Source: Candidatus Multivoradales bacterium (lineage in GTDB: Bacteria > Acidobacteriota > Thermoanaerobaculia > Multivoradales > J023). From it: a stretch of 64,000 bases of DNA. The notes below the pieces were generated by a model. That model searched no databases and was not told the DNA's origin. It saw only the letters and a list, made by a program, of their open reading frames with translations. Made by a program: the position numbers and the translations under genes. The stretch lies in the NCBI GenBank assembly GCA_965248925.1, contig CBDFLE010000006.1:2592001-2656000 (forward strand), given 5' to 3'. Below, one piece after another: positions 48,627 through 59,062 of this stretch (its first letter is position 1; the number at the start of each line of letters is the position of its first letter).

Positions 48627-49655
48627 ATGTTCAGTGACGACTCGCGCATTCTGTCTGGCGATCCGCTGGAGGAAGAACTCGGTTTCGAGCCCACCCTGCG
48701 GCCGCAACAGCTCGACGAGTACGTTGGCCAACGCCGCGTGGTCAACAACCTGAAGGTGGCGATTCAAGCCGCCAAACAGCGCGGCGAATGCCTCGACCAT
48801 GTGTTGTTCTTCGGCCCGCCGGGGCTCGGCAAGACCACCCTGGCCCACATCCTCGGCCAAGAGATGGGCTCGCATGTGCGCACCACCAGCGGTCCGGTGC
48901 TGGAGAAGGCCGGTGATCTGGCAGCGATCCTGACCAACCTGGAGCCCGACGAGATCCTCTTCATCGACGAGATCCACCGCCTCGGCCCGACGGTTGAAGA
49001 GATCCTCTATCCGGCGGTGGAGGATTTCCGCCTCGATCTGGTGATCGGTCAGGGCCCGGCAGCACGCACCATGGAGATTCCGCTACCCCGCTTCACCCTG
49101 ATTGGCGCCACTACCCGCGCTGGGCTGATCACCAAGCCGTTGCACGCCCGCTTCGGCATTGTCCATCGATTGGATTTCTACTCCCCCGAAGACTTGGCGC
49201 GGATCGTTGTTCGCTCGGCCAAATTGCTCGATGTCGAGGTCGACGCGGCCGGTGCCCGTGAGTTGGCCCGCCGCAGCCGCGGTACACCGCGCATCGCCAA
49301 CCGCCTGCTCAGGCGGGTGCGCGACTTCGCCGAAGTCGAGGCCGATGGCCGGATCGATCTCGATACCGCGCGTGGTGCGCTGGCGCTACTCGAAGTCGAT
49401 GAATATGGCTTTGATGAAGTCGATCGCCGCATCCTCGGCACCCTGATCGAGCACTACTCGGGAGGGCCGGCGGGCATCCGGGCACTGGCCGCGGCGATCG
49501 GTGAAGATCGGGGCACCATCGAAGACCTCTATGAGCCCTTTCTGATCCAAGAAGGTTTCTTGCAGCGCACTCCCCAGGGACGGGTCGCCACCCATCGCGC
49601 CTATAAACACCTGGGCTACAAATCGCCACCCGGCACTAGCGGTAGCTTATTCTGA
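48627..49655 (+). CDS. ruvB: Holliday junction branch migration helicase RuvB
   Basis: [30 protein letters not shown] and [17 protein letters not shown]. Confidence 0.96.
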   Translation: MFSDDSRILSGDPLEEELGFEPTLRPQQLDEYVGQRRVVNNLKVAIQAAKQRGECLDHVLFFGPPGLGKTTLAHILGQEMGSHVRTTSGPVLEKAGDLAAILTNLEPDEILFIDEIHRLGPTVEEILYPAVEDFRLDLVIGQGPAARTMEIPLPRFTLIGATTRAGLITKPLHARFGIVHRLDFYSPEDLARIVVRSAKLLDVEVDAAGARELARRSRGTPRIANRLLRRVRDFAEVEADGRIDLDTARGALALLEVDEYGFDEVDRRILGTLIEHYSGGPAGIRALAAAIGEDRGTIEDLYEPFLIQEGFLQRTPQGRVATHRAYKHLGYKSPPGTSGSLF

Positions 49656-49666
49656 GCCCGCCCACC

Positions 49667-50548
49667 GTGCGACCCGCCACGCTGATCTACAACCCAAAGT
49701 CAGGCCGCTGGTTGGCCGAGAACCAGCTAGCCGAGATTGTCGAGCTGCTGCGCGACGCCGGTTGGAGCACCGAGCCCCACCCTACCCGTGGCCCCGGCGA
49801 CGCCACCCTCCTGGCGCGGCAGGCGGCAACAGACGGCGCCGGGGTGGTGTTCGCGGTCGGTGGCGACGGGACTTTGCGCGAAGTAGCCAAAGGACTGCTC
49901 GGCACTAGCACTGCTCTGGGGCCATTGCCAGCGGGCACCACCAACGTCCTCGCCTACGAACTCGGCATCCCGCGTCAACCGCTCGCCGCGGCGGCAGCGA
50001 TGAAAGACGCCCAATCCAAGCTGTTCGACGTCGGGCTCTGCGGTGACGAACCTTTCTTGATGATGACCTCGGCTGGACTCGACGCCGAAGTGATGGCGAT
50101 GCCAAACAGCGCTCTAAAACGGCGCTTCGGCCCCGCCGCGATCGCCTGGACCGGTTTGCGCCGGGCTCTGACCTACGGCTATCCCGAGATCGAGGTCCAC
50201 ACCGACGCTGGCGAGACCCTGCGCGGCAGCCTGGTGGTGGTGGCCAACATCTCTCGCTTCGGCGGCCCTTTCAAGATCGCCCCCAATGCACTGCCTAACG
50301 ACGGCGAACTCGATCTGGTGGTCTTCGAAGGCAGTGGTTTTCTTGCCACCGCCGCCTTCGTCGGCAAGGTCCTCGCCCGCCGCCACACTCGCAGCCAACG
50401 GGTACAGACCCGCCGCATCCGCCAAGCCGAGCTACGCCTGAGCGGCGGGGCTCGCTTGCAGATCGATGGAGATACCCAAGCGTCGGCAGCGGTGGTGCGG
50501 ATTCGATTGGCCTCGCGACAGCTACCTATTTTGACGATCTCTCGCTAG
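49667..50548 (+). CDS. Diacylglycerol kinase family (YegS/DagK) lipid kinase
   Basis: IYNPKSG, GGDGTL, LPAGTTN, DGELD and QIDGD. Confidence 0.9.
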   Translation: MRPATLIYNPKSGRWLAENQLAEIVELLRDAGWSTEPHPTRGPGDATLLARQAATDGAGVVFAVGGDGTLREVAKGLLGTSTALGPLPAGTTNVLAYELGIPRQPLAAAAAMKDAQSKLFDVGLCGDEPFLMMTSAGLDAEVMAMPNSALKRRFGPAAIAWTGLRRALTYGYPEIEVHTDAGETLRGSLVVVANISRFGGPFKIAPNALPNDGELDLVVFEGSGFLATAAFVGKVLARRHTRSQRVQTRRIRQAELRLSGGARLQIDGDTQASAAVVRIRLASRQLPILTISR

Positions 50549-50773
50549 TCGAGGCTCGGATTTGGGTAGCCTAGACATTCCAATGTCCTAGATTGTCGCA
50601 AGAACAAACCTCGTGATGCTCTTGTTTGTCGAAACAGGAGACCATGCCCCTGTTCTCTAGATCGAAGTCATGATGATGAAGGTCACGACGGCAAGAGGAG
50701 CAAAGTGGCAAGGGAAGCGAACAGCTCGCGCCACGGACCAGGGCGTGGCCGACCGCGCCACGTCCTAGGTGGC

Positions 50774-52345
50774 TCACCCCATGCGCATGAAGTGCCAGCG
50801 CAGCTCGCGGGGGAAAGGTTGGAAGACCTCCGCCCGGACTTGCGGGTCGAATTCGCGCAAGATAGAGGAGATGTGCTGACCACGAGCCGCCCGTTCGAGC
50901 GCTTCGGCGGCATTGGAACCAGCGCGGGTAATGTAGGTCTGCCAGATTGCCTGCCGTGGCGGCATAGTGGTCATCGAAACGTTGGGCAAGTGGGCAACCC
51001 CCCTCTTGAGCCAGGAGAGTTTGCTCTTGAGTGAGCGCTCATCTTCCATCGGCTCCCGCTGCCAAGGGGTGTAGGGCTTCGGAATCAGCAGGTTGACGCC
51101 GAGTTGGATGTGGCCGATCTTGCCGGTTTTCTTGGCTTTGGCGAGCATCAGGGAGCGGCATTCGACCGCCAGATCAAGAATTGCCTGAACGTCTTCGTCT
51201 GTCTCCTCGGGCAGACCGATGATGAAGTACAACTTGAGCTGGCTCATGCCACTGTCAAAGATCAGCTTGACCTTCTCTAGCAGGAAGGCGTTGCTGATCG
51301 GCTTGTTCATTTTTCGCCGCAACTCGTCGCTGCCGGTCTCGGGCGCCAAAGTGATCGAGCGAGCACCGCTGGCGTAGAGCGGTTCGAGCACTTTCTCGGT
51401 GACCGCTGGAATGCGGATCGACGACACCGAGGTACGAAATCCCTGCTGCTGGGCAGCGGTCAAGATTCGACCGATCTCCGGGTGATCGCCCACCGCGGTG
51501 GCGACGAAACCCACCTGGTCGGTTACCGAGCGGGCGCGTTCCAAGGAGCTCAGGATGTAGTCGGTCGGATGCCAGCGGAACTTGCCCATGCCGAAGGTCG
51601 CCCAACAATAACGGCATTTCTCGGGACAGCCGCGGGACATCTCGATCAAGAACTTCTCGCTGAACTCGGTGCGCGGAGTGATGATGCAGCTGGTCGGCAG
51701 ATGACCGGGCTGGCGCAGCTGCTCAGCGGTGAGTTCGAGCTTGCGCAACTTGGGCAGCTCGCCACCACCTTCCGGGTCGTGGTGCGCTGGAATGTAGAAG
51801 CCATCGCGCTCGGCCAGGCGCTCGAGCACAGCTTCGCGGGAGGCTTCCTCGGCCAATGCCGGCAGTAGATCGCCGAGCACGTTCTCCGCCGCGCCGAGGG
51901 TGAAGACATCGACAAACGCCGACATCGGTAGCGGGTTGATCGCCGCGCAAGAGCCGCCCATGACGATCACCGGGTCCCACGGTCGGCGCTGCTCCCGTCG
52001 CAAGGGAATGCCAGCCCGATCGAGCAGCTGCAGCAGACCCACGTAGTCTTCTTCGAACGACACTGAGAATGCGACGCAGCCGTAATCGCTCAGCAGGCTG
52101 CCGGTCTCGACCGAACGCGGCGGTCCGGAACCGTCGCTAAAGAAGCGCTGGCAAGCCCATTCTGGCGTGTCGTGCACCAACTCATAGGTGCGTTGGAAGC
52201 CGAGGCTCGACATGCCAACCGCGTAGGTGTTGGCATAGGCCAACGCCAACCGAAACGGCGCATGGGGTGAAAACGGCCGTACTGGTCGTTCCAGGCGGCG
52301 GATCTCGTCCCAATCTGCGGGCTGGTTTAGTTTCTTCTTGGCCAT
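50774..52345 (-). CDS. Radical SAM protein (TIGR03960/YhcC-like architecture)
   Basis: YAVGMSSLG, EMSRGCPEKCRYC, TLAPETGS, KLYFIIGLP and PKPYTP. Confidence 0.85.
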   Translation of the reverse strand: MAKKKLNQPADWDEIRRLERPVRPFSPHAPFRLALAYANTYAVGMSSLGFQRTYELVHDTPEWACQRFFSDGSGPPRSVETGSLLSDYGCVAFSVSFEEDYVGLLQLLDRAGIPLRREQRRPWDPVIVMGGSCAAINPLPMSAFVDVFTLGAAENVLGDLLPALAEEASREAVLERLAERDGFYIPAHHDPEGGGELPKLRKLELTAEQLRQPGHLPTSCIITPRTEFSEKFLIEMSRGCPEKCRYCWATFGMGKFRWHPTDYILSSLERARSVTDQVGFVATAVGDHPEIGRILTAAQQQGFRTSVSSIRIPAVTEKVLEPLYASGARSITLAPETGSDELRRKMNKPISNAFLLEKVKLIFDSGMSQLKLYFIIGLPEETDEDVQAILDLAVECRSLMLAKAKKTGKIGHIQLGVNLLIPKPYTPWQREPMEDERSLKSKLSWLKRGVAHLPNVSMTTMPPRQAIWQTYITRAGSNAAEALERAARGQHISSILREFDPQVRAEVFQPFPRELRWHFMRMG

Positions 52346-52404
52346 GGCTCTGAAAGGTGCTGCGCTCGGAGCGGGACGCTCCAGGACACCCCACTTTACA
52401 AGAT

Positions 52405-52463
52405 CGCAGGTCGGAGTCGCAGGTCGGAGTCGCAGTTCAGAGTTGCAGTTCGGAGTCGCAGGA
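52405..52463. repeat. 13-bp tandem repeat, about 4.5 units
   Basis: cgcaggtcggagt x2, cgcagttcagagt, tgcagttcggagt and cgcagga, in a divergent promoter region. Confidence 0.85.
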
Positions 52464-52505
52464 TCGCGTCACCGCAAGGCGTCGGATGCAATATGATTCG
52501 CCGCC

Positions 52506-53504
52506 GTGTCATCACCAGCCAACAATTCTTCACTGGCCAGCAGGTCTTCACCGACCCACCCGTCGGCGACAGAAACCCGGGTGTTCGCGCCGGGCTCGGT
52601 TTCGAACGTCGGCTGCGGCTTCGACGTGTTGGGGTTTGCGGTCGATGGCCCTGGTGACCTGGTAGTCGCTCGCCGGCAGGCAGGGCGGGGGGTGCGGATC
52701 CGGCGCATCGAGGGCGATGGCGGGGTCTTGCCCAGGGCTGCCGAGTGCAACACCGCCAGCGTCGCCGCGGCAGCGGTCTTGAGTGCCAGCGGCCGCCTGG
52801 AAGTTGGCGTTGAGCTGGAAATCTTCAAACAGATGCCCCTGTCCAGCGGTCTCGGTTCGAGCGCCGCCAGCGCGGTCGCGGCGGCGCTCGCCACCAGCCG
52901 GTTGCTGGGACTCGACGACGATCGAGAAATGTTGCTGCGAGCAGCGCTCGAGGGCGAGCAGGTGGCCAGCGGCGGCTTGCATCCGGACAATGTTGCGCCG
53001 AGCCTCTATGGTGGTTTCGTGCTGGCCCGCGGCGTCGATCCACCGCAGGTGACCGAGCTGCCGGTGCCAGCGGGGCTGACCTGTGCTTTGGTGCGGGCGC
53101 ATGTTGAGGTCGCCACCAGGGAATCGCGGGCCTTGCTCGGCGACAGCGTAAGACTGCGCGACGCGGTACGCCAATGGGGCAACCTTGGGGGCTTGGTGGC
53201 AGCCCTCTACCGCGGCGACTTCGAACTTCTGTCGAGCTGTCTCCACGACACCATCGCCGAACCGTTGCGCGGCCCCGGCGTAGCTGGTTTCGCCGCCGCC
53301 AAGACGGCCGCCATCGAGGCGGGCGCTCTGGGTTGCAGCCTGTCGGGCTCGGGTCCCTCGGTATTTGCCCTCTGCCGCACGCCGGCCGAGGCAGAAACGG
53401 TGAGCCTGGCGATGGCGACGGCGGTCGAGACCCAGGGGCTGCCCTGCGATCGCCTGGTCTCGCCGGTCGGCGCCCGAGGCGCCCACCAGCTGACCACCTC
53501 TTAG
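52506..53504 (+). CDS. thrB: Homoserine kinase
   Basis: SNVGCGFDVLG, PLSSGLGSSAAS (GHMP kinase motif), HPDNVAPSLYGG and LSGSGPS. Confidence 0.94.
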   Translation: MSSPANNSSLASRSSPTHPSATETRVFAPGSVSNVGCGFDVLGFAVDGPGDLVVARRQAGRGVRIRRIEGDGGVLPRAAECNTASVAAAAVLSASGRLEVGVELEIFKQMPLSSGLGSSAASAVAAALATSRLLGLDDDREMLLRAALEGEQVASGGLHPDNVAPSLYGGFVLARGVDPPQVTELPVPAGLTCALVRAHVEVATRESRALLGDSVRLRDAVRQWGNLGGLVAALYRGDFELLSSCLHDTIAEPLRGPGVAGFAAAKTAAIEAGALGCSLSGSGPSVFALCRTPAEAETVSLAMATAVETQGLPCDRLVSPVGARGAHQLTTS

Positions 53505-53921
53505 CGAGCTAGCACATCGAAATGCGCATTGATCAGCGCTCTCTTGAGCTTGCCCGGCAAGCTGCCGATACGAGCTTGCGGCCTCAGATGGAGCAGCACG
53601 GCCACGAATGACGATGGGCACTTGGTGAGCAAATGTCCTCTTTTCCTGCACTGGATATCCACGCTATCCAGAGGATCGGCGGTACTCCGTAAAGACAACC
53701 GGCCAGCGACCACGGCGGGGGATTGCGCCGCATGCTGACGGCCGCGGCCGGCGGGCGATGAAGTGAGGGCGGATTCCCTCACCGCGCCCTAACGCAGTAC
53801 TGCCGATAAGGAGCCCGGCCGGGGATCGCGAGGGGAAGGGGCGCGAGCGTCCAGGCGCTCGCACTGTTGACCCCCGGCCGGGCTGCAGGACCCACCTGCT
53901 TGGAGGGACTTGTTCCGAGCC

Positions 53922-54254
53922 TCACTCAATGGAATTGGCGGCTTGGCGCATTGCGGCAAGCCAGGCGTTGACGGTCTGGTCGCCGTGGCTGGCGGCCACC
54001 AGATAGCCCGCGATCAGGGCCACCGTGGCTCGGTCCCCGACCGCCAGGATCTCGGTGAATCTGAGCTGTCGGCGACCGTTCCAGATCGACCACACGGCCA
54101 GGGTCAAGACTCTCTCCATCGGTGGCGCCCGGTCGATCTCTGAGAGATGCTAATAGGCGGCGTTCGTTGGACCCTTCGAACCCCAGAGTTCGGCGCGGCC
54201 GATGCGATCGAGTAACACGCGGCAGACGGCAAGACGTAGATTCGAGTCAACCAT
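53922..54254 (-). pseudogene. Small hypothetical protein with an in-frame TAG
   Basis: MVDSNLRLAVCRVLLDRIGRAELWGSKGPTNAAY*HLSEIDRAPPMERVLTLAVWSIWNG, with the stop at 54150-54152. Confidence 0.6.
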
Positions 54255-54299
54255 TTCGGAAACCCCCATGGTGATCAGTCGGTGTCGGCTGTGGCCACA

Positions 54300-54779
54300 T
54301 CATCCGCGTCGAGTGGGCTGGCTGATCCCTGGGAAATGCCACCCCACTAGCTCGGCCGGGTTCTGCCAGAAGCGCCGCGAGGCCAGCGAGCAGGACGGCT
54401 CGCCGGCGACCATCTCCAGCACATCGAGCACCGGGATGGACTCCCGGCGGGCCGCCACCGCTACCGGCAGGACGGCGGCCAAGTCATCGTTCGAGAGCCG
54501 AGCGCTCGACCACAGCAGCAGCGCGCCGGCGCCCGCTCGACAGCCAGCCTCGACGACGACCCAGCGATCAAGCGCCGGTAAACTCCCAACGCGAGCATGA
54601 GCGAACGGCACCCTCTGTCGATCGAGGATGACGATGCCGGCGGGGCCACGCAACGGCGACACCAGCAAAGCACCCTCGGCCGCGGAGATCACCGGCCCTT
54701 GGGTCCACAGCTCGCCGAGTGGCAGAGGCGCCGGGATCAGCGGTCGACCGCGCTCCCAGACCAACGTTTGAGCGCTCAC
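54300..54779 (-). CDS. Degenerate RadC/JAB(MPN)-like protein
   Basis: VILDRQR...DRWVVVEAGCRAGAGALLLWSS...SNDDLAAV..VAAARRESIPVLDVLEM parallels the RadC C-terminal domain but lacks HNHPSG. Confidence 0.5.
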   Translation of the reverse strand: MSAQTLVWERGRPLIPAPLPLGELWTQGPVISAAEGALLVSPLRGPAGIVILDRQRVPFAHARVGSLPALDRWVVVEAGCRAGAGALLLWSSARLSNDDLAAVLPVAVAARRESIPVLDVLEMVAGEPSCSLASRRFWQNPAELVGWHFPGISQPTRRG

Positions 54780-55312
54780 AGCTCACCATCCGGAGCGCGC
54801 GAGATCTTGACCAGCTCGGTGCCGGCTTGGCGTAGGAACTCCAGGGCTGGCGCGAGCCGCACGCACGGTGGCAAGATGGCGAGATCTCGCTGCGCTTCGA
54901 TCGAGTACCGAAGCGCGGCAAGGACACCCATCCGGACCTCACCAGCTGCCAGCACCGATCGATCGATCCGCAGGTTCGCGGCTGTGCGCCAGCTCGGTAG
55001 CTGGAGGTCGGCCGCGGCTGCGTCCGCTGGCGTCCACAACCGGTCAGCAGGCCCCTGGCCGAGAATCAGGAAGGAATCGAGGGTGGCCCGCAGATCGGCG
55101 ACCAGCGAGCCGTAGCCACCGAGGGGAAACGCCTCGGCCGGGGCGCCGTCTGCCGGGTCGTCGGGTAGTGCGCCGGGCGGCATCGGAGCCAGCGGCACCG
55201 ACACCCACGCCCGCACCAAGGCGCGCTCGGCAGCCACTAGCGCCATCGCCGCCTCGAGAACGGCTGCGCGCAGCTGCTGCGGCAACACTGGATAGACCAG
55301 CGGAGCGCTCAT
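54776..55312 (-). CDS. Hypothetical helical protein
   Basis: Translationally coupled with its neighbours (ATGA/GTGA overlaps). Confidence 0.55.
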   Translation of the reverse strand: MSAPLVYPVLPQQLRAAVLEAAMALVAAERALVRAWVSVPLAPMPPGALPDDPADGAPAEAFPLGGYGSLVADLRATLDSFLILGQGPADRLWTPADAAAADLQLPSWRTAANLRIDRSVLAAGEVRMGVLAALRYSIEAQRDLAILPPCVRLAPALEFLRQAGTELVKISRAPDGEL

Positions 55313-55785
55313 GCGTCGGACTCTCCACTGTCATCGGTGCCGGCTCGCCGGCTGGCGAGCAGCTCGGCCAAGCCGGGAACTTGGGGTGGTTCTCCGGGAA
55401 GATCGATAGGGCCGGGACCGCCCGCGGTGAGGGTGATCGCAATCAGGCGGTCGCTCAGCTTGTCTAGCTCACTGATCACGCCGCGCAGCTGGCACCAGAG
55501 AGTAGCCCGAACCCCAGCCGCGGCTTCGTCCTCCCCATCGTCGACCAACAGCCCCAGCGCCTGCCGTTGGAGCACGGCGCGAAGCTGGTCAAGGGTCTGA
55601 GCGACGCCAGCGGCCGAGCGCTGAGCCTGTCGAGCGGTCACCAGGCCGGCCGGGTCAGGCACCGGGCGGGGAGTCTCTATCAGAGAATCGACAACGGCGA
55701 AGGCTCGATCGGTCATCCCAGCAGCGGCCACCGTCGCCAGATCGACCAACGCCGCCAGATCGTCACGTAAACCAGGCGGGATCAC
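55309..55785 (-). CDS. Hypothetical helical protein
   Basis: GTG start overlapping the upstream TGA, in a coupled operon. Confidence 0.55.
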   Translation of the reverse strand: MIPPGLRDDLAALVDLATVAAAGMTDRAFAVVDSLIETPRPVPDPAGLVTARQAQRSAAGVAQTLDQLRAVLQRQALGLLVDDGEDEAAAGVRATLWCQLRGVISELDKLSDRLIAITLTAGGPGPIDLPGEPPQVPGLAELLASRRAGTDDSGESDA

Positions 55786-56195
55786 TGCACGGCCCTCAGC
55801 TGCTGGCCCATCGACCTCACCAGCTCGGCCAATCCGGCGCGTCGATCGGCACCCCGATGCTCTAGCCACTGCTCGACCCGCGAGTCCTCCGAGATCTCGG
55901 CCGCATCTCTCAGCAGACCGATCGACTGACCGACCTGCTCAGTTGCCAGCTCCACCGTGCCGAGCATGGCCTGCAAGAGGGTTGGCGGCCGAAGCTCCGC
56001 GCTCGCCAGCTCTCGCTTGTCAGAGCCGCCACGATGGGTTAGCACGGTGGGCGGATCTGGGAGCGCTGCCAGCAGATCGGCCAGCTTGCCTTCCACCCGC
56101 CGCAGTTCGGCGGCCACCTCCAGCATCTCCGCCCGCGCGTGGCTCTCGAGCTGCTCTGGCGCAGCAGCTTCTCGGATCAGTTGTGGGTCGCTCAT
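55782..56195 (-). CDS. Small helical hypothetical protein (copy A)
   Basis: MSDPQLIREA...AELRRVEGKLADLLAALPDPP. Near-identical copy at 59063-59476. Confidence 0.65.
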   Translation of the reverse strand: MSDPQLIREAAAPEQLESHARAEMLEVAAELRRVEGKLADLLAALPDPPTVLTHRGGSDKRELASAELRPPTLLQAMLGTVELATEQVGQSIGLLRDAAEISEDSRVEQWLEHRGADRRAGLAELVRSMGQQLRAVQ

Positions 56196-56405
56196 GGGTC
56201 GCACTGTAGGCGCAGCACAGCGAGTCGAGGCCAGGAAAAAAGCAGCAGGGCATCCAAGCACTGGCCGACCGGAGAGGTCGCTCAGACTGGAAAGAGGCAC
56301 CTATACCTGCCTGCCCAGGCGATTTACCACATAAGTAGGTTAAGGTAGTTAGACTATTTACAGGTTCTGACCACTAGCCAGTATTTCGCGGGGGGTTATC
56401 CAGGG

Positions 56406-56800
56406 ATGAAACCAAGCGAGACTGCACGCCTTGATGCTGCCAAGGCTCGCGAGCGGATTCGCCAGCTGGTCAAGCTTCACCGAGGGTGTCAGCACGAGAT
56501 GGACCGGGCCAGCGGCCATGGGGATCGATGGTATCGACGGATGCTCGGTCGGCCAACGCGCCGATTTACCCTCATTCAGTTTCTTGCCGGCGCTCGCGGT
56601 CTTGATCTCGACCCGGCCGAGCTGGTGGCCGAGATCACCACCCCCGGCCCGGCCGAGCTGCTCAGGAACGCTCGCGAGGCAGTCCACGGCCAGCGCACAC
56701 CGCCGGTGTGGGAGATCGTGGCAACACGTCCGAAGCCCAAGACTCCGGAAGAGACCTCAGAGGAGGGGGCCAAGACCCAGGCCGAGACTCCGGAGATGCT
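56406..56800 (+). pseudogene. XRE-like HTH regulator N-terminus, apparently truncated
   Basis: RERIRQLVK...QHEMDRASGHGDRWYRRML...FTLIQFLAGARGLDLDPAELVAE. Divergent from the small-gene operon, and the frame runs into the antisense of the protease gene. Confidence 0.5.
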
Positions 56801-56804
56801 GTTA

Positions 56805-58102
56805 CTAGCGCGACTCGAAAAACACGTCGAACCACGTTCTACACTTCCGAACGCCGAGACGACCGGAGCAGGTCGCGTGAGACTCGGCCGGGAACGTGTT
56901 GCCGCACTTATCGGCCTTGTCGGTCCTTTGGACGCCGCCGAGCGATTCGACGCCTAGACTCTGGAACGGCAATATTTCGCTGAAGTCGATTCGGCCGTCG
57001 CCTTCTTGGTCGCTCCAAACGTCGAGAGCCATTCCGCAGGCGTCGAAATCGATCTTTTCAACAGCTCCAGGCTCGAGACCACAGTAAGCGGCCAGAGCCT
57101 CGAAACCGTGAGCGTAGGGGAAGCCTCTGCGCGGGCCTTGGGTGACGTTGCCGAAGAAATGACGCCAGGGCTCCGGAGTCACTGAGCGGCCGGCCGCCAG
57201 GCGGACCACATCGGCATTGCTCAGGGCGACAACGAAAGCAACCTCGCTTCCGGGCTCTGTCCATGCGGTGCAGGTCACGACGCCATCGCCTTTCCAATCA
57301 AGGCAGACCGTAGGCGTCGTCGAGGAACAGAAACCCCGCTTCCGCCAGCTCGGATTATGACCAGCAACCGAGAAGTAGTCCGGCAGGTAGAGCACCAAAG
57401 GGCTGTTCGTCAGCACACAGTGGCAGGCTCGGCATTCCCACGTTCCAAACTCCGGTGTGCCAAAGAGGTTGTCGCATTGTGAGGCGGAACTGCAATTGCA
57501 CGTTAGCGGCGGTGGCGGTACCTCCGGGGCCGTCATCCAAAGGTCATCGATAGCGGCACAGTCGGCAGCGCTTGGCCTCAGCCCTTAGGGAACGTCGGCA
57601 ATGGTGTCGATCATGATGTTACGGGTACAAGGGCTGTGGTCAAGGCCGAGAAGGTGGCCTATCTCGTGGGCTATGGCCTCTGTGTAGTTGCCGGTGCAGT
57701 TGGTTCCGTCTCGGGTTTCCTCGAAGATCTCAATTGTCCCCCCTACTAGCTGCGTTGCCGGCGGGGGTCGGGTAGCGGTCCCGCAGACGTCCGGCCTGTC
57801 GCTTTCCTCCTTGCTGGGCGCTCCGGAGTTGAAATTGACATTGAACCTTACGGGGCTATTTGCCGTCTTGCTCAAGGTGGGCACCCCTGAACCGCAAGTC
57901 GAATTCCATTGACCCATAGCCTCATTCAGCGCAGCGCCGTTGGCCATGTTGAAATTGTCGCCTCCGGGTATGACTCGAATAGCAAGTGTCGGCGACGTTG
58001 CCCTAATTTGGGGCAAAACCCTTTGACAGGCTGCCTCAGATGGGACGGCGCCAGCGTCAGGAAAGCGAACGCTAGGGCCGGCAGAGCTAGCCGGCTGCTC
58101 AT
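56805..58102 (-). pseudogene. Metzincin protease plus SPM-like domain (copy 2), disrupted
   Basis: Signal MSSRLALPALAFAFLTLAP is out of frame with SEAAC (frameshift near 58045). HEIGHLLGLDH...NIM, in-frame TAA at 57585-57587, then NSPLVLYLPDY...DVFFESR. Confidence 0.85.
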
Positions 58103-58887
58103 GGCTGTTCCGCGCGGAGTAGTTCGCCGAGCGTCGGCAGCTGTTTGGCCAGGTCTTTCGGCTCGACGGTGTAGTACAGCAACTTGCCGAAGAAGCTGCC
58201 GTCTGCAAAGATCAGCGCTGAGGAGTCGACTCCCTAGATAGGCTGGCCGCCGATCACCCCCCTCCAATCTGTCCAAGCTTGGAACAGCAGAAACTCTTCA
58301 CCGTGGGGGATCTGGCGCTCTCCTAGGCACAGCGCTCGGCCTTCAATGACCATGCGCGTGTAGTGCGCGAACAGGTAGAAGCCGCGACGCGGTACGCCCT
58401 CTTTGCTGGTCTCCTTCAGGATCGATTGGACTTCGACCTCTAGCATCTCGCCAGGGCGACCATTGAGAAATCCAGCTTTCGAGTCCAGCACCCGAGCCCT
58501 GGTGAGATCCGAGGACATCGCGACCAGCTCCACTAGGTCTTTGGCCTTCTTGCCGTAGTAGTAGGACCGCCATAGGGGCTCACAGGAAATCAGCGTGCCG
58601 GCCGGCGCAACCTTGGAATCCTTCGCAGCGGCATATTGATCCAGCTCGACTATCAGGTTCGGCCACCATTTGAACAAGTGACCGACCGATTCCAAGCGCG
58701 AGCCGATCGGCTGGCCTTTGGCGTCCATCGCCGCCCGCAGAGCGTCCTCTGAGATCCAGGCAGGCGGCCCACTGGGGTCTCCGGCTTTCTGTATGGTGTC
58801 GGGGATGCCGGCGGCAAACCCAGCGCTGCCCGCTCCCATGAAAAGAAAGGAAAATAATAGAGCTGCCGCAGTGGTCTGATACTTCAT
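58099..58887 (-). pseudogene. Secreted partner protein (single-domain homologue of 21934-23439) with an in-frame TAG
   Basis: GGAGG RBS, signal peptide, PAWISE, LVELVAMSSDLTRARV..GFLNGRPGEML. After the TAG at 58234-58236 the frame continues to a TGA overlapping the protease ATG. Confidence 0.7.
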
Positions 58888-59062
58888 CTTCGAACCTCCC
58901 ATTTGTTGGCTCGCCCCGGTGTGAGGCAAAGTCGTTCCATCTGCGCAAACCAAGCTAACATCGATCAACCTCCCATGGTGGTCAGAATCGACCGTCGGAC
59001 CGGCCGGTTCGATGAGTCCTTCTTTGTCAGATTGCACAATTCGGTGCGGCGGGCGGGCAGGA

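Noticed and set aside
50549-50773. Possible small RNA between the convergent lipid kinase and rSAM genes
   Set aside because: Only weak imperfect hairpins and no recognisable family motif.
26072-58236. TAG readthrough or recoding (three in-frame TAGs)
   Set aside because: Core genes (thrB, mreB, AraC) terminate at TAG. The affected loci also carry a TAA and frameshifts, so decay is the simpler explanation.
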